Translations under genes and position numbers: made by a program | Assembly (NCBI GenBank): GCA_904063045.1 | Contig: CAJFCJ010000050.1 | Location: 58,263-122,262, forward strand | Direction of reading: 5' to 3' | Source of the DNA: Dimorphilus gyrociliatus | Taxonomy: Eukaryota > Animalia > Annelida | Length of the DNA: 64,000 nt | Notes under the pieces: generated by a model | Told to the model about the DNA's origin: nothing | Seen by the model: the letters and a program-made list of their open reading frames with translations, nothing else | The model's database searches: none | Part shown: in pieces, positions 13,267-23,206 of the stretch | Numbering within the stretch: position 1 is the first letter of the stretch | How the letters are laid out: the number at the start of each line of letters is the position of its first letter

Positions 13267-14196
13267 TCAAGACAAACAAGATTTTAACAGATTTTTGCAA
13301 TCCTTTCTAAATGATTTCAATTTAATATAATAAATGATAAAATTAATAACATTATTAATAAAAAGTATATGATACAATATTGATCCAACATCTGCAAGTT
13401 GTCCTGAAAATGTTGATAGAAAAGGCAAAAGAAAGATTATATAGAGAATTACCAAATAAAAACATAAGAACATTTGCCTGATTGTTCTTTTTGTATTGTT
13501 TTTGGGAAGTTTTGCATTGAAATTTCCAACTGCAAATCTTTTCTTTCTTAAATTATAAAACATAATTAAATATAATCCAATTGATGTTATAAGAATAACT
13601 ATTGTAAGTATCACTACCATATTGACAATTATTGACCCCATTAAACCGTTTCTATTTCCTGGATAGCATAAATATATCTTATCTATAAGGTATTTGTCGA
13701 TTGAGTACAATGCTGAAATTGTAAACAATGTAAGACAATACAATACGATTGATATTCTCCACTTCTTCATTGAGATAGTTACGAATGGCCTACAAACTGC
13801 AAAGAATCTCTCCACAGCTATCATTAACAATATACCAATTGACATCCAAGGAAAAAATACTTGTAAAAATGCTATACAACTGCAGATAGCTTTGTGAGTT
13901 ATAGGTAAAAGACGATTCTGTATATCTGCATAATAAGCTATTGGTATTGAAAAACTACATGTCAACAGATCAACCCATGAAAGATACTTCAATAAAAATC
14001 CATACTGATTCGAGTATATTGACGATTTATTTAATACAAGAATATTAATAATATTTCCAATTATGCCAAATGCTATAATTAATCCATAAATTATTGATAC
14101 AATAATAAATGTATGCATATCCATCTTGAAGAATGAACTATGCATTCTAAAAAACATGTCATGTGACATTATCTCAGTTCTATTATTATTCTTCAT
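13267..14196 (-). CDS. Single-exon class A (rhodopsin-like) GPCR, orphan or peptide-receptor-like
   Basis: Seven hydrophobic segments; TM1 GIIGN, TM2 VDLL, TM3 AVERFFAVCRPF (DRY-like), TM7 NFIIY. First ATG at 14196 (the track ORF starts at a TTG at 14220). Confidence 0.9.
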   Translation of the reverse strand: MKNNNRTEIMSHDMFFRMHSSFFKMDMHTFIIVSIIYGLIIAFGIIGNIINILVLNKSSIYSNQYGFLLKYLSWVDLLTCSFSIPIAYYADIQNRLLPITHKAICSCIAFLQVFFPWMSIGILLMIAVERFFAVCRPFVTISMKKWRISIVLYCLTLFTISALYSIDKYLIDKIYLCYPGNRNGLMGSIIVNMVVILTIVILITSIGLYLIMFYNLRKKRFAVGNFNAKLPKNNTKRTIRQMFLCFYLVILYIIFLLPFLSTFSGQLADVGSILYHILFINNVINFIIYYIKLKSFRKDCKNLLKSCLS

Positions 14197-14361
14197 TTGT
14201 GATCCTGTTTTGTTTTTCAAATAAAGTGGTATGAAAATTTTTCCATGTGTAGATAATTAAAGCTTATGTTTTTTTTTGTTGTGTATCAGATATCTAAAGA
14301 AAAATGATCTAGAAAATCGTCAAATATCAAAGTGGCTTATTGACACATCAGCCATTTTTAG

Positions 14362-15260
14362 ATGAAATCTGAGACAATTTATATTTATACCTTATCAAAA
14401 TACATCTTTTTTATAGCAAAAACACATGTTGATGATTTCTTCTTTCATTATTCATTTTTCCCTTTTTCTTTTCTTTCTCTTTATTTCCTTCTCTTCTCCT
14501 CTACTCTGTTCTTTTCATCTTCCATTGCTTTCTCTTCAAATTGCCTCCTTCTCTCTCGTCTTTCTTCTTCTATTAATTTTTCTTCCAGATAAGAAATAAA
14601 TATAATTGGACAAACTGTATCCAACTCCTTATTTAGTATAAAGAATTCGGATGAGTGGCGTTCAGTCTTCATAGAAGGAGGAGGATCTATCCAATCAGAG
14701 TATGGAGAGTAATTTGTAATTAATTTTGTATTGATTAATTTGACGGCAACCATTAATCATTCACGCTTTAAACCCACTTCTCCAAATGCTTACAGAGTAG
14801 TTTAATCTGTTTTTGATGATCCCAATGATTACTGATGAAAACTTTCGGTTTTTCAACTATTTCCATATTTTCGTCATCTTCTACAATAGACTTAACATAT
14901 TCTAAGGTGGTCTTCAACAATTACATCAGCATCAAGCATTGTCAGTCGATAAGTTCATTTTTCGGAAAGATGACGAGACCAAGAGGGGGCGTGGCTAAGT
15001 GTCATGTGATTAAGTTGTTCAACTTATTCATCCAGATTTTTGATGCTATATTCAGATATTTGATTTTTCATCATTGCCATCTGATCTTTAGTCTCTTCCA
15101 AGTTCTTATCTAGAGTTGTTATCTTTTCGGTATTCATTAACTTTAGAATCGAGATTTTCCAGCTCCTTGGAAACAGTCTGTAGACTTCTTCCTTCAAGAA
15201 CATCGATAATATACTTAATTATATCAGTTAAGTCTTTCAGTATCATCATTAATTTCAACT
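14362..15260 (-). other. Unidentified coiled-coil / charged coding fragments
   Basis: ORFs 15106-15351 (heptad-rich) and 14481-14753 (E/R/K-rich C-terminus). No recognisable family. Confidence 0.25.
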
Positions 15261-15321
15261 TTGACTTTGAATATTGAAAAAATATTTTTGCTGCTATCAA
15301 TAATGAATTTCTGAATCCAAC

Positions 15322-15528
15322 GGATACGACAGAAAACGTCCCCAAATGCATGGTTTAACCCTAACCTGGCCCTTGTCTCTGCCTAACTTTTTTCATTGCC
15401 CCTAATCCATAGATAGAACCCCCCTCCCCCACCTACAAATCAATAGCTACTTTACCCCTGTTAACCATTTTTCAAACCGAAATGTTGCTTTCAAAAATCT
15501 CACTTGGGGACGTTTCCTGTCGGCCCCC
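15322..15528. mobile_element. 207-bp MULE-type MITE with internal CCCTAA motifs
   Basis: TIRs GACAGAAAACGTCCCC / GGGGACGTTTCCTGTC; flanking repeat GAATCCAAC / AAATCCAAC. Confidence 0.85.
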
Positions 15529-17370
15529 AAATCCAACATACTTTACCGTAAAATAACGTAAGACACGCAAATAATATATATATATATATATATTACCAGA
15601 TACCAGATTCCTCCATACGGAATTTTTGTCTGTATAGTTAAAGAGAGTTTTATACAACAGTTGAGGAGTGTAGTTAAAGATTCCTATATTTCTAGAATTT
15701 ATTTATTTTGTCTATTAAAAAAAGGAAGAATAGATAGATGTGTGGATGGATGGATGGATGGATTAATTAAATACCAGTTTTGTGAGAAGATAATTAAAAA
15801 AAGAAATAGCAAAAGCCCAAAATCATCTTTATAAAGGACAGCAACTGCAAACGTTTTAAAAGTATTTTTTATTAATTTCATTCATAAAATTTACGTCAAT
15901 TTCACTATCCAGTTGGCAAAATAGCGAATACATATATATTTTCTATACAGTTGAATTTATACTGCTCTCTAACCCTAACCCTAACCCTAAAATCTTCAAC
16001 TGGAATATCAAAATAATAAAAGGGTAGTAAAACAATATATCTTAAAATATTGATATCAAAATTCAATGGTTCTTCTATCATTGTTAAATTTCATTTTTTA
16101 CATTCATCTTTTATGTTAAGGATTGATATTTATAATATGATTGAAATTTTCATCATTAGAATTATGATAATTTCTTTTCTTCATTTATAGTTTTCTCTCT
16201 CTCTTTAATTTCTTTTAGGTCAATTTTGAATAAAAACAATTTTCTTGGTAACTTTAGTCAACAAACCTTTTTTGAAGCAAAATTTCTGTTTCAAGATAAT
16301 AATGTATATATTCAAATATTTGTATTAACTATAACTTTGGTGTGAGAAGCATTTACAGGTGCGTTCAAATGATCTTTTAATGGATTGATTGGTTGCTGGT
16401 AAAATTTCAGCCATTTTGAATAATCTTAAATAACTAATATACATAGTGTATGAATGTAATCGTCATCATGACGTGTGAAAATTTTACCCTAACCCAGCCC
16501 TGGTCCCTGTTTTAAGCGCTTCATTATTCCTAACCCTTAGTTTCGACCAAAATAATTCCAGAATGAGCGTTTTGAACATCCTCCTTTAATAAAATCAGTA
16601 ACTTTCTTGACTAAAATAAAGATGATAAATACGACGATGACATACTAGCATAGGGCTAGTCTTTGATAGATCTTGCCTCAAAATATTAATAATGTTGACA
16701 GAATTGACAGAAAATGGCTGTACACTTAATAGATGCTACGTAAATGATACTTACTACATGCTTACATCATTATTACGTAATACAATAACCCTTGGCGCTA
16801 ACCTTCTTACAAATTGATTCGGTACTCATCTTCCCTCAACTCTACATCTCTTCGTAGTGCCTTACACCTATTTCCGTTCTATTCTGACCAGATCAGGAAA
16901 GTACAATGACTCTTAATAATCCTACAAAATTCAATAAAAGAATATCTGTTCTTGCCTTTAAGTCTAAAGTGAATCCATTCATTAGTTATTTATGGTTTTT
17001 TTCTTCAATATCATATTGAGATATCTGTAAAATGGTCAACAAATAACTGTTAATTAATAATGCAATTCAATAAAAATATTGTCAATATTCAAGGATAATT
17101 AGCAATTTGTATATATAAAGAACATTTAGCAGAGTTTTAGTATTCATTTTCTTTAGAGTTCTGTCAACTATGGCTATTTTAAAAATAGCAACAACAGTCT
17201 TCATTTCCTTTGTTCTAACATTTCAAGAAGCAGGTTAGTAAAAAAGTATATACTGTATACATTCAATTCTTGCCTTCTTGAATCTATTAATAGTTTTAAT
17301 TTTAGTCTTTCTTAAGAAAATAGCATGCTATTAGATGAAGATGTATTGAATTTAGCACCATCTTATATAG

Positions 17371-18005
17371 TGTACTGCTCTTGCTGGCAAAATCTATGCG
17401 TTTGCAAGTTATAACAATACTGGTTCTACTCGAACCTTTAAACAAATGTTTAAATTAAAACGGTTTATTCGCAATAATAATACTTAAGCAAGTAACAATA
17501 TGAGAGTTCGATAGCAGAGTAGATAGTTTGTAAAAGCAGGTTGCCAAATTACCAAACTGTCTTCCAATGTTGAGGAGTAGATGGATGGTTCCAGTGGAGG
17601 TTGTTTCCAGATGATTTTCCCAGGTCCTTGGGTCCAGATGGAAGCTGCATGCCAAATGAGAATAATGAGAATTTATATACTTTGAGGTTTGTCTCTGACA
17701 TCCAATCATCACTTTACAGTTGCCGAAATGTGTAGTTCATATTTATCTTTAGTAACAGGATGTTACAAGGTTCAACATTTAGGAAGGTTAATTGAATTAT
17801 AACTTGGCCACACCCTAGGCAAGTTAATTAAATTATAACTTGGCCAAACCTTTATTGGTAATTAAAGATGAGCCTTCAAGCTGACTAATCAGACTTATGT
17901 TTGGCCAATGTTATAGCATTTTCTTGCGTAGGTTTTAAGATGTACATGTATATGTTGCATAAAATAATAGAGTTCAAGCATGTAAAATATAACCAAAGTT
18001 GTACA
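17371..18005 (-). repeat. 3' LTR
   Basis: Matches 26052-26686 except C17461 vs T26142. TGTAC...GTACA termini; minus-strand TATATAAA and AATAAA motifs. Confidence 0.97.
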
Positions 18006-18006
18006 A

Positions 18007-18020
18007 CTTCCCCCTTCTTT
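18007..18020 (-). other. Polypurine tract
   Basis: AAAGAAGGGGGAAG lies 1 nt before the 3' LTR on the minus strand. Confidence 0.9.
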
Positions 18021-18036
18021 GTGAAGATGAGTCCCT

Positions 18037-20457
18037 TCATCTTGATTTAATGAGAATTACAGGTGGTTGTTCTTCTTCATTAGTTTGATGTTGACTAAAG
18101 CTACAACTTTGTTTCATTAGTTTTGGGTTTTCAGGAGAGTTATCTGTGCTCTCACTTGGGGTAGCAATTTCTTCTCTTTGTTTTCTTCTTCCAATAATAT
18201 AGTTGAAAATGATGATACATACCATTGACACTACAATACTCAAACAAATATTTCGTATGATAACATAAAGTGTTTTCCCAGGTTTATAGTACCAACTATG
18301 GAAAAACTGTTTAATTCCAGATAAATTGGGTACAATGCCATTTTTCTCTGCAACAGTGACCATGTTATCATACCTTGCCTGCTTCTGTTCCAGTGAACTG
18401 ATAACTTGCTTAATTTTTGAGTGCTGGTATGCAATATCCTTCTTTACCCCATGGTGGAGTAGATCAGCTAATCTGGCAATTTCAATTTTTGGTTCAGAAA
18501 GGTGATTGTGGATATGTAACTGCATGGATTTTGCAGACACAGTGTGAAATCTGCATCCTCTTTCTGAATAATACACATACGTTTTGTCTTTCATTGGTTG
18601 GTTTCTTATAGGATTTAATGGGTTGTGAGTTGTTTTGTAGAATAACTTGTTAGACTTACACTCATTATAGGTAATCTCTTCAGGATTGACTTGCTGTAAA
18701 ACATGAGTAACTGGTTCTACTTGGAAAAGCAGGTTGTTCATGGTGACAAGTAAAAATTGAGAACATTTGTTATTCTTTTTTATCATGCTTAAGTCACAAA
18801 CTACTTCTGTTGAGGCTATTGGTGAACATTGTTTAATTATAGCTAATTCTCCCATCTGACTACTGTGCATTCCCAACTCATTTGTTAACACTGTGGTCAA
18901 TTGAGGATCCAAATTTGCTAGTAATGCCATCATTCTGCTTCTTTGAACAAATTGATTGCAGAGAAGACTTGACAGCTGTTGGGTAAACTTTTTTAAATTC
19001 TTAAAATTTGAATCAATACCATGTAGTAAGGTAGATGTTTGGGCAGCTTCTCTCATTTCCAATGGGAATTTGTGGTATGGGTTTTTACTTATCTTATGTT
19101 TCAGTTTTGCTTCCTTCTTCATCTGCTTTTTAGCCATTCTCATGTGTAGAGTAAAATAAATTCCTTCATAGGTAATCTTAAATTCTCTGGCTGGTGGTCC
19201 TTTATACCATATGCCCAATGTTGGTAATACCTTCTTTTTGATTCTTTTCTCACTGTATACATATTTTGAAATCGTCACAGATTGTCTTGTTGCCCTTGTC
19301 CAATTGACTGCTTGCAGCATTTCTTGGATATAATAGTTATCCAGCTCCCAGTAAGATGGACTAATGGGTTGTTGTAGATGATATATCACAACTTCCTTGA
19401 GTGTGCCTTTATTTCTCATTAGTTTATACTTTGTGTTTGTTTCTCTGTACCATTGGTTAAGACTTGGTAAGGGGTTGTTTCGCTTGTATAGTATAATTTG
19501 TTCTTTAACTTTATTGGGATAGTTTAATAGTCGTTTTTCTTCATTTTTGCCAATCTTCTGATATTGTAGCAAATTGTATAGGTGTTCCTTGCTTGTTTCC
19601 TGTATTAAACTCTGTTCCTCCAGTGGTACTAGTACTTTTGTTCCAGGACCACCAATTCCATCAATGAACTTATCTTGATAAGGGATGTCCAGAATAGAAT
19701 ACCCTGGACAAGAATAGTGACCAGCAAATTTGATACAACTAATTCTGTTGCTAATTTTTATCCATGGTGATTGTTGCCCAAGTGTGTAATTATTCTTGAG
19801 GTTTCTAAAGACAATAATTGCCTCTTCTGTCTCACAATAGGACTGCCCTGGTAAACAATCTTCCAGGTAGTCCAGATTAGTTGTAATTTTCATATTAGGA
19901 GGTTGCCAATATGCTTTGCCAAACTGGATAATTGTGGTGTATTCCAGCACCTTGGTAGTTGTTGGCCATGTGTAGGCAGCAGGAAACTGATCTTGGTGGA
20001 TCCAAGTGTTTCTTTTCACCATTAAAGGTTTTCCTTGAAAAGATCGTTTGTCTTTTACCATCTGTCTGCATTGATCATGAGTTACTTTGATAACTGAGTT
20101 AACAATTCTCCTCTTCTTTGCTCCAAAGAAATAGTAAGTGTAAAAATTAGTTCTTAGATACACTTGACATTTTACTGCTCTTGTTTCAATTTCTTCCAAG
20201 TTCAATTCATAGATATCAGCTGTAATTGTCTTGGTTTCTTGTGATTCTATATTACAAGTTGGCTCATCTGCTAGATCAAATGCCTGGCTTGGTAGTTGGT
20301 TAGAACAAAAGTATAATGGTGGTTTAAATGTTAAGGTAATGTTTGCACTTGTAACATGTGCACCTTGGTAGGATGGTTTTGGGACTGTTATTGAGTGGAT
20401 GCAGCCACAGATCACCATTACAGTCATCACTAGTGGAAGCCACAACATCTGTTTCAT
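18037..20457 (-). CDS. env: Envelope glycoprotein, class III fusion-protein-like (gB/chuvirus/rhabdovirus G type)
   Basis: Signal-like MKQMLWLPLVMTVMVICGCIHS (ATG at 20457), Cys-rich ectodomain, candidate bipartite fusion loops YYFFGAK and AYTWPT, gB-like CNQFVQRS..LDP..MGELAIIKQC, C-terminal TM and tail. The frame stays open to at least 20676 (GTG, not ATG). Confidence 0.8.
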   Translation of the reverse strand: MKQMLWLPLVMTVMVICGCIHSITVPKPSYQGAHVTSANITLTFKPPLYFCSNQLPSQAFDLADEPTCNIESQETKTITADIYELNLEEIETRAVKCQVYLRTNFYTYYFFGAKKRRIVNSVIKVTHDQCRQMVKDKRSFQGKPLMVKRNTWIHQDQFPAAYTWPTTTKVLEYTTIIQFGKAYWQPPNMKITTNLDYLEDCLPGQSYCETEEAIIVFRNLKNNYTLGQQSPWIKISNRISCIKFAGHYSCPGYSILDIPYQDKFIDGIGGPGTKVLVPLEEQSLIQETSKEHLYNLLQYQKIGKNEEKRLLNYPNKVKEQIILYKRNNPLPSLNQWYRETNTKYKLMRNKGTLKEVVIYHLQQPISPSYWELDNYYIQEMLQAVNWTRATRQSVTISKYVYSEKRIKKKVLPTLGIWYKGPPAREFKITYEGIYFTLHMRMAKKQMKKEAKLKHKISKNPYHKFPLEMREAAQTSTLLHGIDSNFKNLKKFTQQLSSLLCNQFVQRSRMMALLANLDPQLTTVLTNELGMHSSQMGELAIIKQCSPIASTEVVCDLSMIKKNNKCSQFLLVTMNNLLFQVEPVTHVLQQVNPEEITYNECKSNKLFYKTTHNPLNPIRNQPMKDKTYVYYSERGCRFHTVSAKSMQLHIHNHLSEPKIEIARLADLLHHGVKKDIAYQHSKIKQVISSLEQKQARYDNMVTVAEKNGIVPNLSGIKQFFHSWYYKPGKTLYVIIRNICLSIVVSMVCIIIFNYIIGRRKQREEIATPSESTDNSPENPKLMKQSCSFSQHQTNEEEQPPVILIKSR

Positions 20458-20675
20458 GTTAGCTCTTCCTGTGTTGGCTATAGTTGAATGGTTGAAAATT
20501 TTGTGTTGTTGTTCCACTCTGATAGTTATTCCATCTTCTAACTCTATATATTGTGGTTCCACTTCTTGTTGGGAATCTAATTGTTCAGAGATGATTTTAG
20601 TCTCATCTAAAAATATCACTGACTCATTGTCTGTGTCACTTGTATTTTCTTTCTCATCTTGGGATGAATCTACCA

Positions 20676-22865
20676 CTATGAGGGACTCATTATCGAATGG
20701 GTTATGTCAATAATTTCACCTTCAATAATTATTGACTCATTATCCGAATGGGTTATATCAATAATTTCGCTTTCAATAGTTATTGACTCATTGTCTGAAC
20801 TAGATATTTCATCTTCTCTATCAGAGATAATGTTTGCCTCTGAATCTGTATTTTTATCCAGTTCATTATTTGTTTCTGTGTCATCACTTTCAGATGAGCT
20901 TGAAGGTTCATTGAGACTGTAATTACTGTCTGTTTTGAAAGTATTGCTTGTGTCATAACCAGTATCAGAATTAGTAACTTCCATCTCTGAGTCATCACTA
21001 TCTGAACTTTCTGATGAAGAGTCATGCTGTCCCATCATGGCTATAGTGACTTTGTTTAGTTGAGGTTGCCTTATTCTTTCAGCCAGGTTCCCTTTCCTTC
21101 TATCAAATTTGAGAGAACACTGTTTAGCTTCAAAATTGAGGTTTGCTCCCACAGTTTGTAGGAAATCACAACCAAGTATTATTGCTATGTCTAGATTTTC
21201 CATAACTATAAATTCTTGTTTCATACTTTCTCCAGCAAATTGGATATTCAGCTTTACGCTTCCTTTTTGCTTTAAAGCTTTCCCATCAGCTGAAGTTATA
21301 ATTGGTAAGCCAATTGTTTCTTTATCCATAATTGTAACATCCATTAACTTGATTTCTTTTTCAGTAATAAAGGATCTCAATGCTCCTGTGTCACACAAGG
21401 CAATGACTTCTTGGCCTTTTTGATTCTTCAAACGGAATTGGAAGTCATTTCTTCCTTCTACCTGAGAAAGATATTGGAGGTGTGTTATTTCCTTCTCCAC
21501 AAGGTGAAAGATTGTTGTTGCTTCTTTCCTTGTTTCCAACTTATTAGATTCATTGGCTAGTCTTAATCTGCTACCATGTACCAACTTGCATGTATTATCA
21601 TCCATTTGTATTTCATATATCCACTTTTGATGATTGACTTTTGTTATTCGGTATGGGCCTAACCATTTTAAAGAAGGGATTTTTGTTATTGCAATTCTTG
21701 CAGCATCATTTCTTAAGAATACTTCATCATCAACCTCAAAATATTTTGGAAGATTGAGATTTCTATTCTTTCTTTCCCTATATTGTTCTTTTGCCATGAT
21801 GGATTTACAGAAGGCTGTAGCTCTTAACTGTACCAATTGCTGCTGGTGATTGAATACAAATAGTACATTTGTTTCAGGAGAGGTAGTATGCATTGTTACA
21901 TCAATCAGTGTTCTTGTGCTGGTGCCAAAAAGAAGTTCCTGGGGTGGTAGTCTTGTACTTCCTACAGGTGATTGATTCAAAAATGCTTGAATCAAGGGTA
22001 GGTTTGCAACCCAGTTATGCTGATTTTCTTCCACCACTAATTTATTGATTTCCTTCCTCACTTCTCTATTTCTTCGTTCAACTAGTCCATTGCTCTGGCT
22101 TCTATAAGCTGTTGTTTGGATTTTCTCAATACCTAATACCTTCATAAACTCTTTAAAAGCTTTACCAACAAAGTTTCTTCCTTGATCTGTCAACATTTGT
22201 TTTGGAATTCCAAAAATGGGAAAAAATCTGTTGAAAAGAAGGTTTGCAATTTCTTTACTGGTTTGCTGTTTGAGTGCATATAAAACTGTGTATCTACTGA
22301 AATGATCCACTATCACAAGTATGAATCTGTATGACTTAACCATGGGTAAGGGTCCCATTATATCCATGGCTACCAACTCCATTGGTGATGCAGGGTGAAA
22401 GGTTTCTACCAAAGGGTATACTCTACTCCTACCATTCATTTGTTCACACAAAGTGCAATCCTTTATTGAATTCTCAATCATAATCTTTAATTTTGGGTGC
22501 CAAAAGGTCTTTGTAATTATTTGTAATGTCATTCTGGGTCCATGGTGATTGTGAATTTTATTTTTATGGAATTTAGGGAGCAGAGTTAGCATCAAATGGT
22601 CAGGTAAAACCAGAATGTTTCTTTCTTCAAGGATAATCCAGATCATTTCCTTGTGAACAAACATCTCCATTATGAAAGGTGTAAAAGTTCCAAAATAAGG
22701 AATAGGTAGCTGACCATCCAGTGTTAAATATTCTTTAATTGATTTCAAATTCACATCTTTTTCTTGCTCTGACTGTAAGTCAACAGAAGACAAATCAATT
22801 TTCTCTTCACTGTTATCACTGGTAGATACAAAAGATAGATCTGGTGTATGTTCATACTGTTCCAT
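20676..22865 (-). CDS. pol: Integrase plus GPY/F module, second aspartic protease and acidic spacer (frameshift-separated part of pol)
   Basis: HHCC (H..HHG...CTLC), D168/D227/E263 (D-x35-E), WLGPY module, then IALCDTGALRSFI...IILGCDFL retropepsin and a Ser/Asp/Glu-rich tract. Confidence 0.92.
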   Translation of the reverse strand: MEQYEHTPDLSFVSTSDNSEEKIDLSSVDLQSEQEKDVNLKSIKEYLTLDGQLPIPYFGTFTPFIMEMFVHKEMIWIILEERNILVLPDHLMLTLLPKFHKNKIHNHHGPRMTLQIITKTFWHPKLKIMIENSIKDCTLCEQMNGRSRVYPLVETFHPASPMELVAMDIMGPLPMVKSYRFILVIVDHFSRYTVLYALKQQTSKEIANLLFNRFFPIFGIPKQMLTDQGRNFVGKAFKEFMKVLGIEKIQTTAYRSQSNGLVERRNREVRKEINKLVVEENQHNWVANLPLIQAFLNQSPVGSTRLPPQELLFGTSTRTLIDVTMHTTSPETNVLFVFNHQQQLVQLRATAFCKSIMAKEQYRERKNRNLNLPKYFEVDDEVFLRNDAARIAITKIPSLKWLGPYRITKVNHQKWIYEIQMDDNTCKLVHGSRLRLANESNKLETRKEATTIFHLVEKEITHLQYLSQVEGRNDFQFRLKNQKGQEVIALCDTGALRSFITEKEIKLMDVTIMDKETIGLPIITSADGKALKQKGSVKLNIQFAGESMKQEFIVMENLDIAIILGCDFLQTVGANLNFEAKQCSLKFDRRKGNLAERIRQPQLNKVTIAMMGQHDSSSESSDSDDSEMEVTNSDTGYDTSNTFKTDSNYSLNEPSSSSESDDTETNNELDKNTDSEANIISDREDEISSSDNESITIESEIIDITHSDNESIIIEGEIIDITHSIMSPS

Positions 22866-22960
22866 TTTAACTGAAATAGAGGGAGAATTCTCCTTGATTC
22901 TTCCATGAATTAGCTCTTCAAAAAATACTTTCCTTGGGGGTGTATATTCTTCTAATCTTG

Positions 22961-23206
22961 TTAAAGCATCTGCTCTATTTTTTGTCCTGTCACATAATTA
23001 ATTGTAAATTTTAAATCCATTAAAGCCATGACCCATTTTGCTGTGCTAACATTCAACTTGTTTTGCTTGAATGTTTGTACTGGACTCTGACAGTCAGTAT
23101 ATAAAAAGAATGCCTTGTCTTGAAGGTAATGTAAAAATTTCTTTACAACCCAGTAAATACCAAATGCTTCCTTTTGGTAGGCTGCATATTTCATTTGATT
23201 ATTGTT
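22961..23206 (-). CDS. pol: C-terminal half of RNase H, out of frame between two 1-nt indels
   Basis: NQMKYAAYQKEAFGIYWVVKKFLHYL...FFLYTDCQ continues YASKQF from the upstream ORF and rejoins as KNRADALTRL. Confidence 0.9.
   Translation of the reverse strand, partial: NNNQMKYAAYQKEAFGIYWVVKKFLHYLQDKAFFLYTDCQSPVQTFKQNKLNVSTAKWVMALMDLKFTINYVTGQKIEQML

Noticed and set aside
15960-16000. (CCCTAA)3 as a telomere or fusion scar (also about 54340)
   Set aside because: Too short, and the same motif is part of the dispersed MITE family.
17455-17712. 85-aa ORF present twice (also 26136-26393)
   Set aside because: It lies within the identical LTRs, so duplication is not evidence of coding function, and it has no recognisable motif.
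20676-20678. Apparent stop-start coupling between pol and env
   Set aside because: The env start there is GTG, and the repeat register points to a 1-nt deletion instead.
18240-21849. Short antisense or overlapping ORFs within the retroelement
   Set aside because: Expected shadows of long, codon-biased ORFs on the opposite strand or in alternate frames.
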